The notes under the pieces are model-generated. The model was not told the DNA's origin and searched no databases. It saw only the letters and a program-made list of their open reading frames with translations. From an uncultured Clostridia bacterium (lineage in GTDB: Bacteria; Bacillota; Clostridia; TANB77; CAG-508), in contig CAUWKC010000006.1 of the NCBI GenBank assembly GCA_963559365.1, positions 1 through 59,175 of the forward strand: 59,175 nt of DNA, given 5' to 3'. A program made the translations under genes and the position numbers. The first letter of the stretch is position 1. Each line of letters begins with the position of its first letter. Positions 1 to 9,279 of this stretch are shown here, piece by piece.

Positions 1-175
1 CACAAAATCCTCTATTATTTATATAGATAGATGCCAAACCCTTTATATCCCAAGTCATACACCAGTTACGCCTTTCTAAAACCATTATATAGTAACAAAA
101 AAAGTTGTTTTTTATATTGAAAATATTTTTATAACAAGATATAATGTAAAAAAATAAAGAAAAAGGATGATAAGA

Positions 176-685
176 ATGAAAAATAAAGAAAGAGGAGTTA
201 CATTAGTGACATTAGCTGTAACAGTTACAATATTAATAATTATTGCAGGAATTTCCATTTATAGTGGAAAAGATACAATAAAGAAAGCAGAATTAGAAGA
301 ATTAAAAACTAACATGTTATTAATAGAGGCAAAAGCAAGAGAATATGTAGAAGATGCAACTTTTAAAATGGGAATAAATCCAACAGAAGATAAAAAAACA
401 GAAGTAAGAAAAAAAGTTTATGAAGGAAATGGAGAAGAAGGTGCACAACTAGCAGCAGGTAATACCTATCCAATTCCAAGTGAATTTGGAATAACAGATC
501 AATCTACTTGTTATTGGCTAACACCAGAAGCACAAGCAAAATGGGGATTAGATAAAATAAAATTAGGAACTAATGAAAAATATCTAATTAGATTTGACGA
601 ACAAAATGTAACAGTAGAAATATATAATACAAAAGGATATCAAGGAAAATATTCTTTAACAGAAATAGAGAAAATCAAACAATAA
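176..685 (+). CDS. Type IV pilin-like protein (prepilin N-terminal motif, no Glu5)
   Basis: MKNKERG|VTLVTLAVTVTILIIIAGISI class III signal-like N-terminus; ORF track starts at 167, and ATG 176 is better spaced from the AAGGA RBS. Confidence 0.7.
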   Translation: MKNKERGVTLVTLAVTVTILIIIAGISIYSGKDTIKKAELEELKTNMLLIEAKAREYVEDATFKMGINPTEDKKTEVRKKVYEGNGEEGAQLAAGNTYPIPSEFGITDQSTCYWLTPEAQAKWGLDKIKLGTNEKYLIRFDEQNVTVEIYNTKGYQGKYSLTEIEKIKQ

Positions 686-711
686 TAAATAAGCAAAAAA
701 AGAGGAAATAA

Positions 712-1338
712 ATGAAAGAAAAAGAAAAAGAACGATTAAAAGAACTAAAAAAAATAGAAAAAGAGTTATACCAAAAAGGATTTCAAAAAATAGCAGGAAT
801 AGACGAAGCAGGAAGAGGACCTTTAGCAGGACCAGTAGTAGTAGCAGGAGTTATCATGCCACAAGACTCTATGATAGAAGGAGTAAACGATTCAAAAAAA
901 GTATCAGAAAAAAAGAGAGAAAAATTATATGACTTAATATTAGAAGAAGCTATAAGTTATTCAGTAGCAATAATAGAGCAGGACACCATAGACGAAATCA
1001 ACATATTAAATGCAACCAAACAAGGAGTAACAGAAGTAGTTGAAGGATTTGAAACCAAGCCAGACTTAATAATAGTAGATGCTTTAAACCATATAAACAC
1101 AAAAGGAATACCATATGACTCAATAATAAAAGGAGATGCAAAATGTTATAACATAGCAGCAGCATCCATCATAGCCAAAGTAACAAGAGATAGAATAATG
1201 AGGCAATGGGACGAAATATATCCACAATACGGTTTTGCTACACACAAAGGATATGGTACTGCCAAGCACATAGAAGCCATTCGTGAATGTGGACTATGTC
1301 CAATTCACAGAAGAAGTTTTACAAAAAAATTCAATTGA
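712..1338 (+). CDS. rnhB: Ribonuclease HII
   Basis: GIDEAGRGPLAGPV, DSKK, KGD, IAAASIIAKVTRD, HRRSF motifs. Confidence 0.97.
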   Translation: MKEKEKERLKELKKIEKELYQKGFQKIAGIDEAGRGPLAGPVVVAGVIMPQDSMIEGVNDSKKVSEKKREKLYDLILEEAISYSVAIIEQDTIDEINILNATKQGVTEVVEGFETKPDLIIVDALNHINTKGIPYDSIIKGDAKCYNIAAASIIAKVTRDRIMRQWDEIYPQYGFATHKGYGTAKHIEAIRECGLCPIHRRSFTKKFN

Positions 1339-1360
1339 GACAATGGGGACGGTTCCAAAA
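1336..1360 (+). repeat. Single (partial) REP copy, family 1, overlapping the rnhB stop codon
   Basis: TGAGACAATGGGGACGGTTCC resembles the TGAGACAAYAGGGACAGTTC unit flanking the RAYT. Confidence 0.65.
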
Positions 1361-1400
1361 GTTGTAAAAAGTTAAAATTTAAGTTAGAGAGGATAAAAAA

Positions 1401-2714
1401 ATGAATATAATTGATATTATAGAGAAGAAGAGAGATAAAGAAGAATTAAGTAAAGAAGAAATCGAATTTTTTGTTTCAGGATATACAAAAGGAAGTATAG
1501 AAGATTATCAAGCAGCAGCTTTTATTATGGCTGTTTTTCTAAATGGAATGACAAACCAAGAAACAACAAACTTAACTCTAGCTATGGCAAATTCTGGTGA
1601 AATCCTAGATTTATCCCCATTAGGAGAAGTGATTGTGGATAAACATTCCACAGGTGGAGTAGGAGATAAAGTTTCATTAATTCTATTGCCATTAGTGAGT
1701 TCTTGTGGTGTACCTGTAGCTAAAATGTCAGGAAGAGGATTAGGATTTACAGGAGGAACTGTGGATAAATTAGAATCTATACCTGGTTACCAAACTTCTA
1801 TTGAAATGGATGAATTTATAAAAAATGTACAAGAAATTGGAATTAGTTTAATTTCGCAAACCTTAAATTTAGCACCAGCAGATAAAAAAATATATGCATT
1901 AAGAGATAGTATTTCTTGTGTAGAAAATATTCCGTTAATTGCTTCTAGCATCATGAGTAAAAAAATAGCTAGTGGAGCACAAAAAATTGTTTTAGATGTA
2001 ACTGTTGGAAAAGGTGCTTTTATGAAAAACATAGAAGAAGCGAGAAAACTAGCAAATACAATGATACAAATTGGAAAATTGGCTAATCGAGAAACAGTTT
2101 GTGTTTTGACAAATATGGATGAACCCTTAGGATATGCTGTAGGAAATTCTTTAGAAGTTAAAGAAGCAGTTAAATTTTTAAGAGGAGATATGCCAGAAGA
2201 CGTACAACAAGTAGTATTAGAATTAGGAAGCTATATGTTAAAATTAGCAGGAAAAGGAGAAAATTTAGAAGAAAATAAAAATAAATTATTAGAAAATATC
2301 AATAATGGAAAAGCTTATTATAAATTCTTAGAATTAGTAAAAAAACAAGGTGGAGATATATCTTATTTAGAAGATTTAGAAAAATTTCCAAAAGCTATTT
2401 ATATCGAACCTCTTTATAGTGAACAAGATGGAATTATACAAGAGATAGATAGCAAAAAAGTAGGAAAATTAGCTAGTACATTGGGTGCTGGAAGAGAAAA
2501 AAAAGAAGACTCTATTGATTTTTCTGTTGGAATTGTATTAGAAAAAAAGGTAGCTTGTCAGGTGAAAAAAGGAGATATATTAGCTTATATACATGCAAAT
2601 GATGAGAAAAAGCTAGATTTTGTAAAAAAAGAATTGAAACAAGTAATTAAAATAGATGACAAAAAAATAGAAAAAGAAAAAGTGATTTTGGAAATAAAGA
2701 CAAAAAACAATTGA
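1401..2714 (+). CDS. pdp: Pyrimidine-nucleoside (thymidine) phosphorylase
   Basis: DKHSTGGVGDK, KMSGRGLGFTGGT, SIMSKK motifs. Confidence 0.96.
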   Translation: MNIIDIIEKKRDKEELSKEEIEFFVSGYTKGSIEDYQAAAFIMAVFLNGMTNQETTNLTLAMANSGEILDLSPLGEVIVDKHSTGGVGDKVSLILLPLVSSCGVPVAKMSGRGLGFTGGTVDKLESIPGYQTSIEMDEFIKNVQEIGISLISQTLNLAPADKKIYALRDSISCVENIPLIASSIMSKKIASGAQKIVLDVTVGKGAFMKNIEEARKLANTMIQIGKLANRETVCVLTNMDEPLGYAVGNSLEVKEAVKFLRGDMPEDVQQVVLELGSYMLKLAGKGENLEENKNKLLENINNGKAYYKFLELVKKQGGDISYLEDLEKFPKAIYIEPLYSEQDGIIQEIDSKKVGKLASTLGAGREKKEDSIDFSVGIVLEKKVACQVKKGDILAYIHANDEKKLDFVKKELKQVIKIDDKKIEKEKVILEIKTKNN

Positions 2715-2774
2715 AAAATTAATAAGATGTGATATAATAATAAGTAGTAATAATTAAAGAAAGGACAGATAAAA

Positions 2775-2918
2775 ATGAAAAATAAGCAACAAAAAGTAAA
2801 AACAACAAAAAAAGCATATGATAAAGGGCAAGTATTTGTAAAAATTATGGCAGGAATATTAGCACTTTTAATGGTAGCTGGAACAGGAATAACACTTGTA
2901 TATGCTTTAATGGCATAA
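2775..2918 (+). CDS. Small single-pass membrane protein (47 aa, DUF4044-like)
   Basis: Not in ORF track; AAGGA RBS; MKNKQQKVKTTKKAYDKGQVFVKIMAGILALLMVAGTGITLVYALMA with basic N-terminus and one TM helix. Confidence 0.65.
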   Translation: MKNKQQKVKTTKKAYDKGQVFVKIMAGILALLMVAGTGITLVYALMA

Positions 2919-2933
2919 AAAAAGGAGTAGCAA

Positions 2934-3875
2934 ATGATAATAAATTTAGGAATGAATTGGGAAAATTTTTATAGAGACAATATAATGTCTTATATAAAAT
3001 CATTACAACAAAATCCATTTGAATTAGTAACATTATTATTAGATTTAGCAATTGTTATTTTTTTGATTTACTGTTTTTTTAGAGTAGTAAAAGGCTCTAG
3101 GGCTTGGCAATTAATTAAAGGAATTGCATTATTGATTATAGCAACATGGGTTAGTGGATTATTTAATTTAAAAATATTAAATTGGATTTTAACAGGAATT
3201 ATGAATTTAGGAGTAATAGCCATTATTGTTATTTTCCAACCAGAATTGCGAAGAGCATTAGAACAGTTAGGAACAAATAAATTAACAAAATTTTTTGGAA
3301 TAGATAAAGATGTTTCAACAAAGACAAAAGAAGATATTTATAAAATAGTAATTGCAGCAACAGAACTTTCAAAAACAAAAACAGGAGCATTAATTGTAAT
3401 TGAGAGAGATATAAAAATACAAGATATAATTTCAACAGGAATACCTATGAATGCAGAAGTATCGCCACAATTATTAGTTAATATTTTTGAACCAAAAACA
3501 CCATTACATGATGGAGCAGTTGTTATTGCAGGAAACAAAATAGCAGCAGCAGCATGTGTACTACCATTGGCAGATGACAAAGATATTGCAAAAGAATTAG
3601 GGACTAGACATAGAGCTGCAATTGGAATTTCTAAACAATCAGATAGTATTGTTGTAGTTGTTTCAGAAGAAACTGGAAAAATGTCAGTAGCAAAAGATGG
3701 AACATTAATTGCTGATGTAAGAGAAGATGTTTTGAAAAAAATCTTAATTAGTAATATTGTAACAAAAAGATTTGCTATCGAGAAAAAAGAAAGAAAAAAT
3801 AGATTAAAAGAAATTAGAGATAAAATTAAAAAAAATAAAAAAGAAAATCAAACAAAAGAAGAACAAACAAAGTAA
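2934..3875 (+). CDS. cdaA: Diadenylate cyclase CdaA
   Basis: Three N-terminal TM helices, FQPELRRALE, PLHDGA, GTRHRAA. Confidence 0.95.
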   Translation: MIINLGMNWENFYRDNIMSYIKSLQQNPFELVTLLLDLAIVIFLIYCFFRVVKGSRAWQLIKGIALLIIATWVSGLFNLKILNWILTGIMNLGVIAIIVIFQPELRRALEQLGTNKLTKFFGIDKDVSTKTKEDIYKIVIAATELSKTKTGALIVIERDIKIQDIISTGIPMNAEVSPQLLVNIFEPKTPLHDGAVVIAGNKIAAAACVLPLADDKDIAKELGTRHRAAIGISKQSDSIVVVVSEETGKMSVAKDGTLIADVREDVLKKILISNIVTKRFAIEKKERKNRLKEIRDKIKKNKKENQTKEEQTK

Positions 3876-3901
3876 GTCGCTTAAAATAGCGACTTTTGTT
3901 T
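3874..3901 (+). terminator. Intrinsic terminator after cdaA
   Basis: AAGTCGC-ttaaaata-GCGACTT followed by TTGTTT. Confidence 0.7.
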
Positions 3902-3930
3902 ATTGATAATTACAATAAAAGGAGAAAAAA

Positions 3931-4671
3931 ATGCGAAATATAAAACTAACAATAGAATATGATGGAAAAGACTTTAATGGATGGCAAAAACAGCCTAATA
4001 AATTGAATATACAAGGAACAATAGAAAAGGCAATAGAAGAAATAACAGGAGAAAAAATAGAACTTTCAGCATCAGGAAGAACAGATAGTGGAGTGCATGC
4101 ATTGGGGCAAGTTGCTAATTTTAAAACAAATTCTACAATTCCAATAGAAAAATTTCCAATTGCTATCAACAGTAAAATAAAAAAATCAATTGTAATAAAA
4201 TCAGCAGAAGAAGTAGAAGAAAGATTTCATAGTAGACTTTGTTGTAAAAAGAAAACATATCGTTATATTATAAACAATACTAAAGAGGGGACTGCTATTT
4301 ACCGTAATTTAGAAACCCATATTCCAATAAAATTAGATGTTAATAAAATGAAACAAGCTATTTCTTATTTTGAAGGAGAACATGATTTTAAAGCTTTTAA
4401 AGCAAGTGGAACTAGTTCTAAAAGTAGTGTTAGAACAATTTACAAAGCAGAATTGATAGAAAAAGAAAATAATAAAATTTGGATAGAACTAACAGGAAAT
4501 GGATTTTTATATAATATGGTAAGAATTATAGTAGGAACATTAGTAGATGTAGGCTTAGGAAAAATAGAACCAGAAGAAATAAAAAAAATAATAGAAGAAA
4601 AAGATAGAGCAAAAGCAGGAAAAACATTACCACCACAAGGGTTGTATTTAGTAAAAGTAGAATATGAATAA
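3931..4671 (+). CDS. truA: tRNA pseudouridine(38-40) synthase
   Basis: YDGKDFNGWQ, SGRTDSGVHA, GNGFLYNMVRIIVG. Confidence 0.97.
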   Translation: MRNIKLTIEYDGKDFNGWQKQPNKLNIQGTIEKAIEEITGEKIELSASGRTDSGVHALGQVANFKTNSTIPIEKFPIAINSKIKKSIVIKSAEEVEERFHSRLCCKKKTYRYIINNTKEGTAIYRNLETHIPIKLDVNKMKQAISYFEGEHDFKAFKASGTSSKSSVRTIYKAELIEKENNKIWIELTGNGFLYNMVRIIVGTLVDVGLGKIEPEEIKKIIEEKDRAKAGKTLPPQGLYLVKVEYE

Positions 4672-4730
4672 AATTAACAAATAGAATAATAAAGGCATAA
4701 AATATAGTAAAAATGAAAAGGAGAAAAGTT

Positions 4731-5129
4731 ATGAATAATTTACTTATATTTTTTGCCTTGCCAGTGGCAGTAATTATTATATCAATTGCTTTACAAAAAG
4801 TTTTAAAATGTCCTGCTTTAGTGGCTGGAGTTATTTTTTCTATTTTTTTAATAGTAACTTTTGTTGTTAACAATATAATATTTTTGATAGCTACTATAGT
4901 ATATACAATTCTTAGCTTTATTACAGCTTATTTAATGTGTGTAATAGTAAAAATTTTAGAAAGAACAAGAAGAACAAATGAAAAATGTTGTTGTAGTCAA
5001 CCTCAAGTTGTAGAAGAACGAAATTCGCAAGGATGTACTTATCAAATTACTAATTCAGACGGTGTAAGTGCAAGAATAAATATTGTTCCTAATACAGGTA
5101 ATAATAGTTGTTCCTGTAGAAGAAGATAA
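4731..5129 (+). CDS. YbeF/DUF2651-like membrane protein with Cys-rich tail
   Basis: Three hydrophobic segments (LLIFFALP...), C-terminal CCC/CSC; AAGGAG RBS before ATG 4731. Confidence 0.55.
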   Translation: MNNLLIFFALPVAVIIISIALQKVLKCPALVAGVIFSIFLIVTFVVNNIIFLIATIVYTILSFITAYLMCVIVKILERTRRTNEKCCCSQPQVVEERNSQGCTYQITNSDGVSARINIVPNTGNNSCSCRRR

Positions 5130-5199
5130 TTTAATATTACTTGAAAAAAAAGGAAATATATGTTATGATAAAAAAACAAAATAAAAAGGAGAAGAAACA

Positions 5200-6051
5200 A
5201 TGTTAGAAATAGTATTAGATGCAATAATAGATAGCATAAAATTACTTCCATTTTTATTAATTACATATTTAATCATGGAATATATAGAACACAAAACAAA
5301 AGACAAAACAAAAGAAGCAATAAAAAAATCAGGAAAATTTGGACCATTAATAGGAAGTATACTAGGAGTTTTTCCACAATGTGGTTTTTCCGTTTCAGCA
5401 ACAAATTTATATGCAGGTAGAGTTATTACATTAGGAACTTTGATAGCAGTATATCTTTCAACATCAGATGAAATGTTACCTATTTTTTTATCAGAAGCAG
5501 TACCAATTACAACTATTTTATCCATTCTTGGCATTAAATTAGCAATAGGAATGATAGCAGGTTTTGTAATAGACTTTGTAATAAGATTAAGAAAAAAAGA
5601 AGAAAAAGAAGACAAAATTGTAGATTTATGTCAAAAAGAAAATTGCCATTGTGAACATGGAATTGTAAAATCAGCATTGATACATACAATACGTATTTTT
5701 ATATTTATTTTAATAGTAACAACTATTGTAAATTTAATAATTTTTTGGGTAGGAGAAGAATCAATAGCAGGATTTTTACAAAATCAACCAATATTTGGTC
5801 CTGTGATAGCAGGGATAATAGGTTTAATTCCTAATTGTGCAGCGTCAGTTATTTTAACACAATTATATTTAGAAAATATAATTTCTGTCGCTACTATGAT
5901 ATCAGGATTACTAGTAGGAGCGGGAGTAGGATTAGCTGTTTTATTTAAAATGAACAAAGGAATAAAACAAAATATAAAAATTGTGGCATTATTATATGCA
6001 ATTGGTGTAATATCAGGAATTTTCATTGAAATAATCGGAATACAATTTTAA
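5200..6051 (+). CDS. Putative metal (Mn/As) transporter, multi-pass membrane protein
   Basis: Repeated PQCG/PNCA motifs, STSDE, central CHCEH loop, about 8 TM segments. Confidence 0.65.
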   Translation: MLEIVLDAIIDSIKLLPFLLITYLIMEYIEHKTKDKTKEAIKKSGKFGPLIGSILGVFPQCGFSVSATNLYAGRVITLGTLIAVYLSTSDEMLPIFLSEAVPITTILSILGIKLAIGMIAGFVIDFVIRLRKKEEKEDKIVDLCQKENCHCEHGIVKSALIHTIRIFIFILIVTTIVNLIIFWVGEESIAGFLQNQPIFGPVIAGIIGLIPNCAASVILTQLYLENIISVATMISGLLVGAGVGLAVLFKMNKGIKQNIKIVALLYAIGVISGIFIEIIGIQF

Positions 6052-6053
6052 TC

Positions 6054-6098
6054 AAAAAAAGAAATTGAATTTTTATAAATAACTCAATTTCTTTTTTT
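6054..6098. terminator. Bidirectional terminator between convergent genes
   Basis: AAAAAAGAAATTGA...TCAATTTCTTTTTTT inverted repeat. Confidence 0.7.
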
Positions 6099-6115
6099 AT
6101 TATATAAATTTATTA

Positions 6116-8440
6116 TTATTTCTTTTTCTTGAAATTTACGATAATAGCATCTTCATTGTCAAATAGATATTTTGAATCAGTTACATCTGTTTGAACAGGA
6201 TTAAATTCATCTCTTTCATCAATAAAATCAAGATTTTTTAAATCAAATTTCTTTTTAGTATTTGAACTAGTATCATCTTCTGTTGCTGTTGTAACACCAT
6301 CAGAATATTTACCAAAATCATAATTTTTAATTTTTTGTGGTTCTTTGTAACGTGATTCCAAGAATTTCAATAGTCCACATCCAGCTTGCAATTTTCCTTT
6401 ATCTCCTCTGATTAAATATGCACATTTTGTTAATGTTAAAGCTTGTAATTTACCAATCTTTAATGTAGTAATATATTTCCATTCAACATTACCTACTTTA
6501 GAATCATATTCTAGTTTTTCCATATTCATAGAGTTTGAAAATTTCCATTCTCTGTGGGTACCAAATTCATTTGACCACCATTCAATTTCATCATGTTCAG
6601 CATTACCTGTAAAGATTTTATTAGTACAGTTAGATAAGATAAGAGATCTAAAGTTTTCTTTTTGTCCGTGTGCTTCAAGTTGTGATAAACTTTGTACTGA
6701 AATGACAGATCCTACTTTGAATTTTCTATACAAGGTAAACATTGGCTCTGTTGCTTTACAAATGAAATCAGCGAATTCATCTACATAGATAAAGTGAGGA
6801 ATACGTGTTGCTTCAATTCCTGGTCTTCTTAGTACAGCATTTTGCATAGAAATTAAATAAAATAATCCAAATGCTCTGTGACCAGAAGCTCCTAAATCAC
6901 CTCGTCTAGTACAAATAAATATAACTTTTCCTTCTTTTAAAGCATCATCAAAATTTATATTGTTATGTCTATTACATAAAATTGGTTTAATACCTGGAAT
7001 TCTTAGTAAATTGTCTAATTGACTGATAGTACTATAAATGTATCTTTCCATTAGATTTTTGCCAGGTGCATTTTGATAAAAGTTCTTTTTGAAATAGGTT
7101 AATTGTATTTTATATTTTTCTCTTAACTCTTCATTATGTGCCATAATTTCACACATTTTTTCTATTAATTCAAAATTAGTGAATAAGCTTAGTAAGTCTT
7201 CCATATTAGGAAGTGCTCCTTCATTCATTCTTGGGTACATTTCTTTTAATAATATAGCAACATTTTCAATAGCTTGTGTTGAAATATCTTCTCTATAGGC
7301 TTGTTCTGTACCATTAGGAGAAACTAGATATGTAGATTTTAGAACAGATGAGATTGTAACAGCAATTTTTGATGGGTCTTCATATACAAAAGGATTTAAT
7401 CCAATTGAACTGTTATTAGATGGATCAATCATTTCATAAGGAATACCAAAATTTTCACAAACTTCTGTCATATGGCTAATAACTTCATAATCAGGAGCCA
7501 TTAATGTAATTCCTAAATCACGGTAAACCATTTCTCCATTTATGCTACCTAAAGCCATTTTCTTTAAATAAGCATTAAAAACAGATTCTTTTCCACTTAC
7601 TGGTGTTAGCATATTTAAATTAAAATTTTTGTTTAGATAATCATTATTATATGGTTTATTTAGTGTTGCAATTTTTGTTTTTAAAGCTGTAAAACCTAAT
7701 TCTTTAGAAGCTTCTTTAAAGAAATGTTTTCTTTCAATGTCTTTAGCTATTAATGGTTCATATATTAAAGATGTTTTTCCAGTTCCAGAACCACCACAAA
7801 CAAATAAAGATTGATAACGAGAGGTTTCTGGCATAGTAATTTTACGACCATATTCATCATCAGTACAAATGTAAACATCACAAGTATAAGGTCCATGGTC
7901 TTTTTTTGAATCGGCTAAGCTTATTCCACGGAAATCCCAGATAGAACGTAGGTAAAGTGGATTATCATTAATACCGAAATATAACCATTTAAAGAAAGGA
8001 TATACAGTAAGTAATGGTAAATATAATGAAATACTAATAAAAGCAGGTGTTACTAAGTCTGAAAATTCAGAAATTAATTCTGTATAGTTTGGAATTGATA
8101 AAAATAGTAACCATGCTCCCATGTTAAGCCATTGAGTAAACATGGAAAGAGTAATAATATAAAAACCAATACTGAATAGATAGAATAATGTTATCTTATA
8201 GGCTTTGTTTTTAGAAAATTTAGAAGTAGGGGAAAAAGCAAAAGCAAAAACTGGACAGGCTAATGCAAAAAGATATGTAATTGGTCCCCAATAAGAATAA
8301 GAAACACCAGTAAAAATCATAAGTAACATTTCTACAAGTCTATCTACACATAGATAGACAGTTATTAAGGTTAAAATATAAGTAGCAAATGTGTTTCTAT
8401 CTGTATTTAATTTTTTTAGTAATTTATCGATATATTTCAT
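6116..8440 (-). CDS. VirD4/TraD-like coupling protein (membrane-anchored P-loop ATPase)
   Basis: N-terminal TM helices, Walker A GGSGTGKT, Walker B YVDEF, RKFKVG..SVQSLSQL and ILSNCTNKI typical of T4CP C-terminal domain. Confidence 0.75.
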   Translation of the reverse strand: MKYIDKLLKKLNTDRNTFATYILTLITVYLCVDRLVEMLLMIFTGVSYSYWGPITYLFALACPVFAFAFSPTSKFSKNKAYKITLFYLFSIGFYIITLSMFTQWLNMGAWLLFLSIPNYTELISEFSDLVTPAFISISLYLPLLTVYPFFKWLYFGINDNPLYLRSIWDFRGISLADSKKDHGPYTCDVYICTDDEYGRKITMPETSRYQSLFVCGGSGTGKTSLIYEPLIAKDIERKHFFKEASKELGFTALKTKIATLNKPYNNDYLNKNFNLNMLTPVSGKESVFNAYLKKMALGSINGEMVYRDLGITLMAPDYEVISHMTEVCENFGIPYEMIDPSNNSSIGLNPFVYEDPSKIAVTISSVLKSTYLVSPNGTEQAYREDISTQAIENVAILLKEMYPRMNEGALPNMEDLLSLFTNFELIEKMCEIMAHNEELREKYKIQLTYFKKNFYQNAPGKNLMERYIYSTISQLDNLLRIPGIKPILCNRHNNINFDDALKEGKVIFICTRRGDLGASGHRAFGLFYLISMQNAVLRRPGIEATRIPHFIYVDEFADFICKATEPMFTLYRKFKVGSVISVQSLSQLEAHGQKENFRSLILSNCTNKIFTGNAEHDEIEWWSNEFGTHREWKFSNSMNMEKLEYDSKVGNVEWKYITTLKIGKLQALTLTKCAYLIRGDKGKLQAGCGLLKFLESRYKEPQKIKNYDFGKYSDGVTTATEDDTSSNTKKKFDLKNLDFIDERDEFNPVQTDVTDSKYLFDNEDAIIVNFKKKK

Positions 8441-8618
8441 GTAAAAGAATCCCTTTCTTCATTATAATCATACATATATATTATCCTACAAAATCATGAA
8501 AAAAACAAGGGGTTTAGTCAAATTAATTGCTAAATTCAAGAAAAAATGTGATTGTTTGGAATAAAAAATGATAATCAGAATATAATAAAGATAAAGTTTC
8601 ATAAAAAGGAGTTATTTT

Positions 8619-8906
8619 ATGCAAAATGATTATTATATAAGAGAAGAAAAAATAATAGAAAAAACGGAAATTGAAAAAGAAAAAGATCTTATAAGAATGA
8701 TTATCAAAACAAGAGAAGAATTAAAAGCAGCAAATAAAAATTTTGAATATGCTCAAGATGAATTAGTAGATTATTATACTTATCAAATTAAAGCTAATCA
8801 AGCAAAACTAGATTACTTAATTAAACTAGCAAAAACAAAAGGAATTGAAGTAGATATGATTGGTGATATGCAATTTACGTTATGGGATGAAGAAGAAGCA
8901 GGATAA
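8619..8906 (+). CDS. YaaL/DUF2508 family protein
   Basis: NFEYAQDELVDYYTYQIKANQAKLDYLIKLAK; lies directly upstream of bofA as in Firmicutes. Confidence 0.85.
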   Translation: MQNDYYIREEKIIEKTEIEKEKDLIRMIIKTREELKAANKNFEYAQDELVDYYTYQIKANQAKLDYLIKLAKTKGIEVDMIGDMQFTLWDEEEAG

Positions 8907-8983
8907 GTAATATTTGTCCAATTTTTAACATAGAAATGGTAATAAGAAAAAACACCATTTTACATGATAGGAGTTGGACGAAA

Positions 8984-9248
8984 ATGGATTTAAATATAAT
9001 TACATATTTGACTTGTATTTGCTTGCTTTTTATATTTGGAAGAATTTTTATAATTCCTTTAAAAAAAATATTAAAATTAATTATGAATTCTATTTTTGGT
9101 GGCATTTGTATTTATGTAATTAATTTAATTGGTTCTAGCTTTGGATTTCATATTGGTTTAAATTTTTTTACAAGTATTTTAATTCGGATTATTAGGATTA
9201 CCAGGTGCTGTTTGCTTAATTGTTGTAAAACTATTAATTGGAACATAA
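8984..9248 (+). CDS. bofA: Pro-sigmaK processing inhibitor BofA (87 aa after +1 shift at CGG 9185-9187)
   Basis: ...HIGLNFFTSILI then ATT-C-GGA-TTA-TTA-GGA-TTA-CCA-GGT gives conserved GLLGLPG and ends at TAA 9248 before a terminator. Confidence 0.85.
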
Positions 9249-9277
9249 AAAACAACCGCTATATACGGTTGTTTTTG
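9247..9277. terminator. Bidirectional terminator bofA/glmS
   Basis: AAAAACAACCG-ctatata-CGGTTGTTTTT. Confidence 0.85.
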
Positions 9278-9279
9278 TA

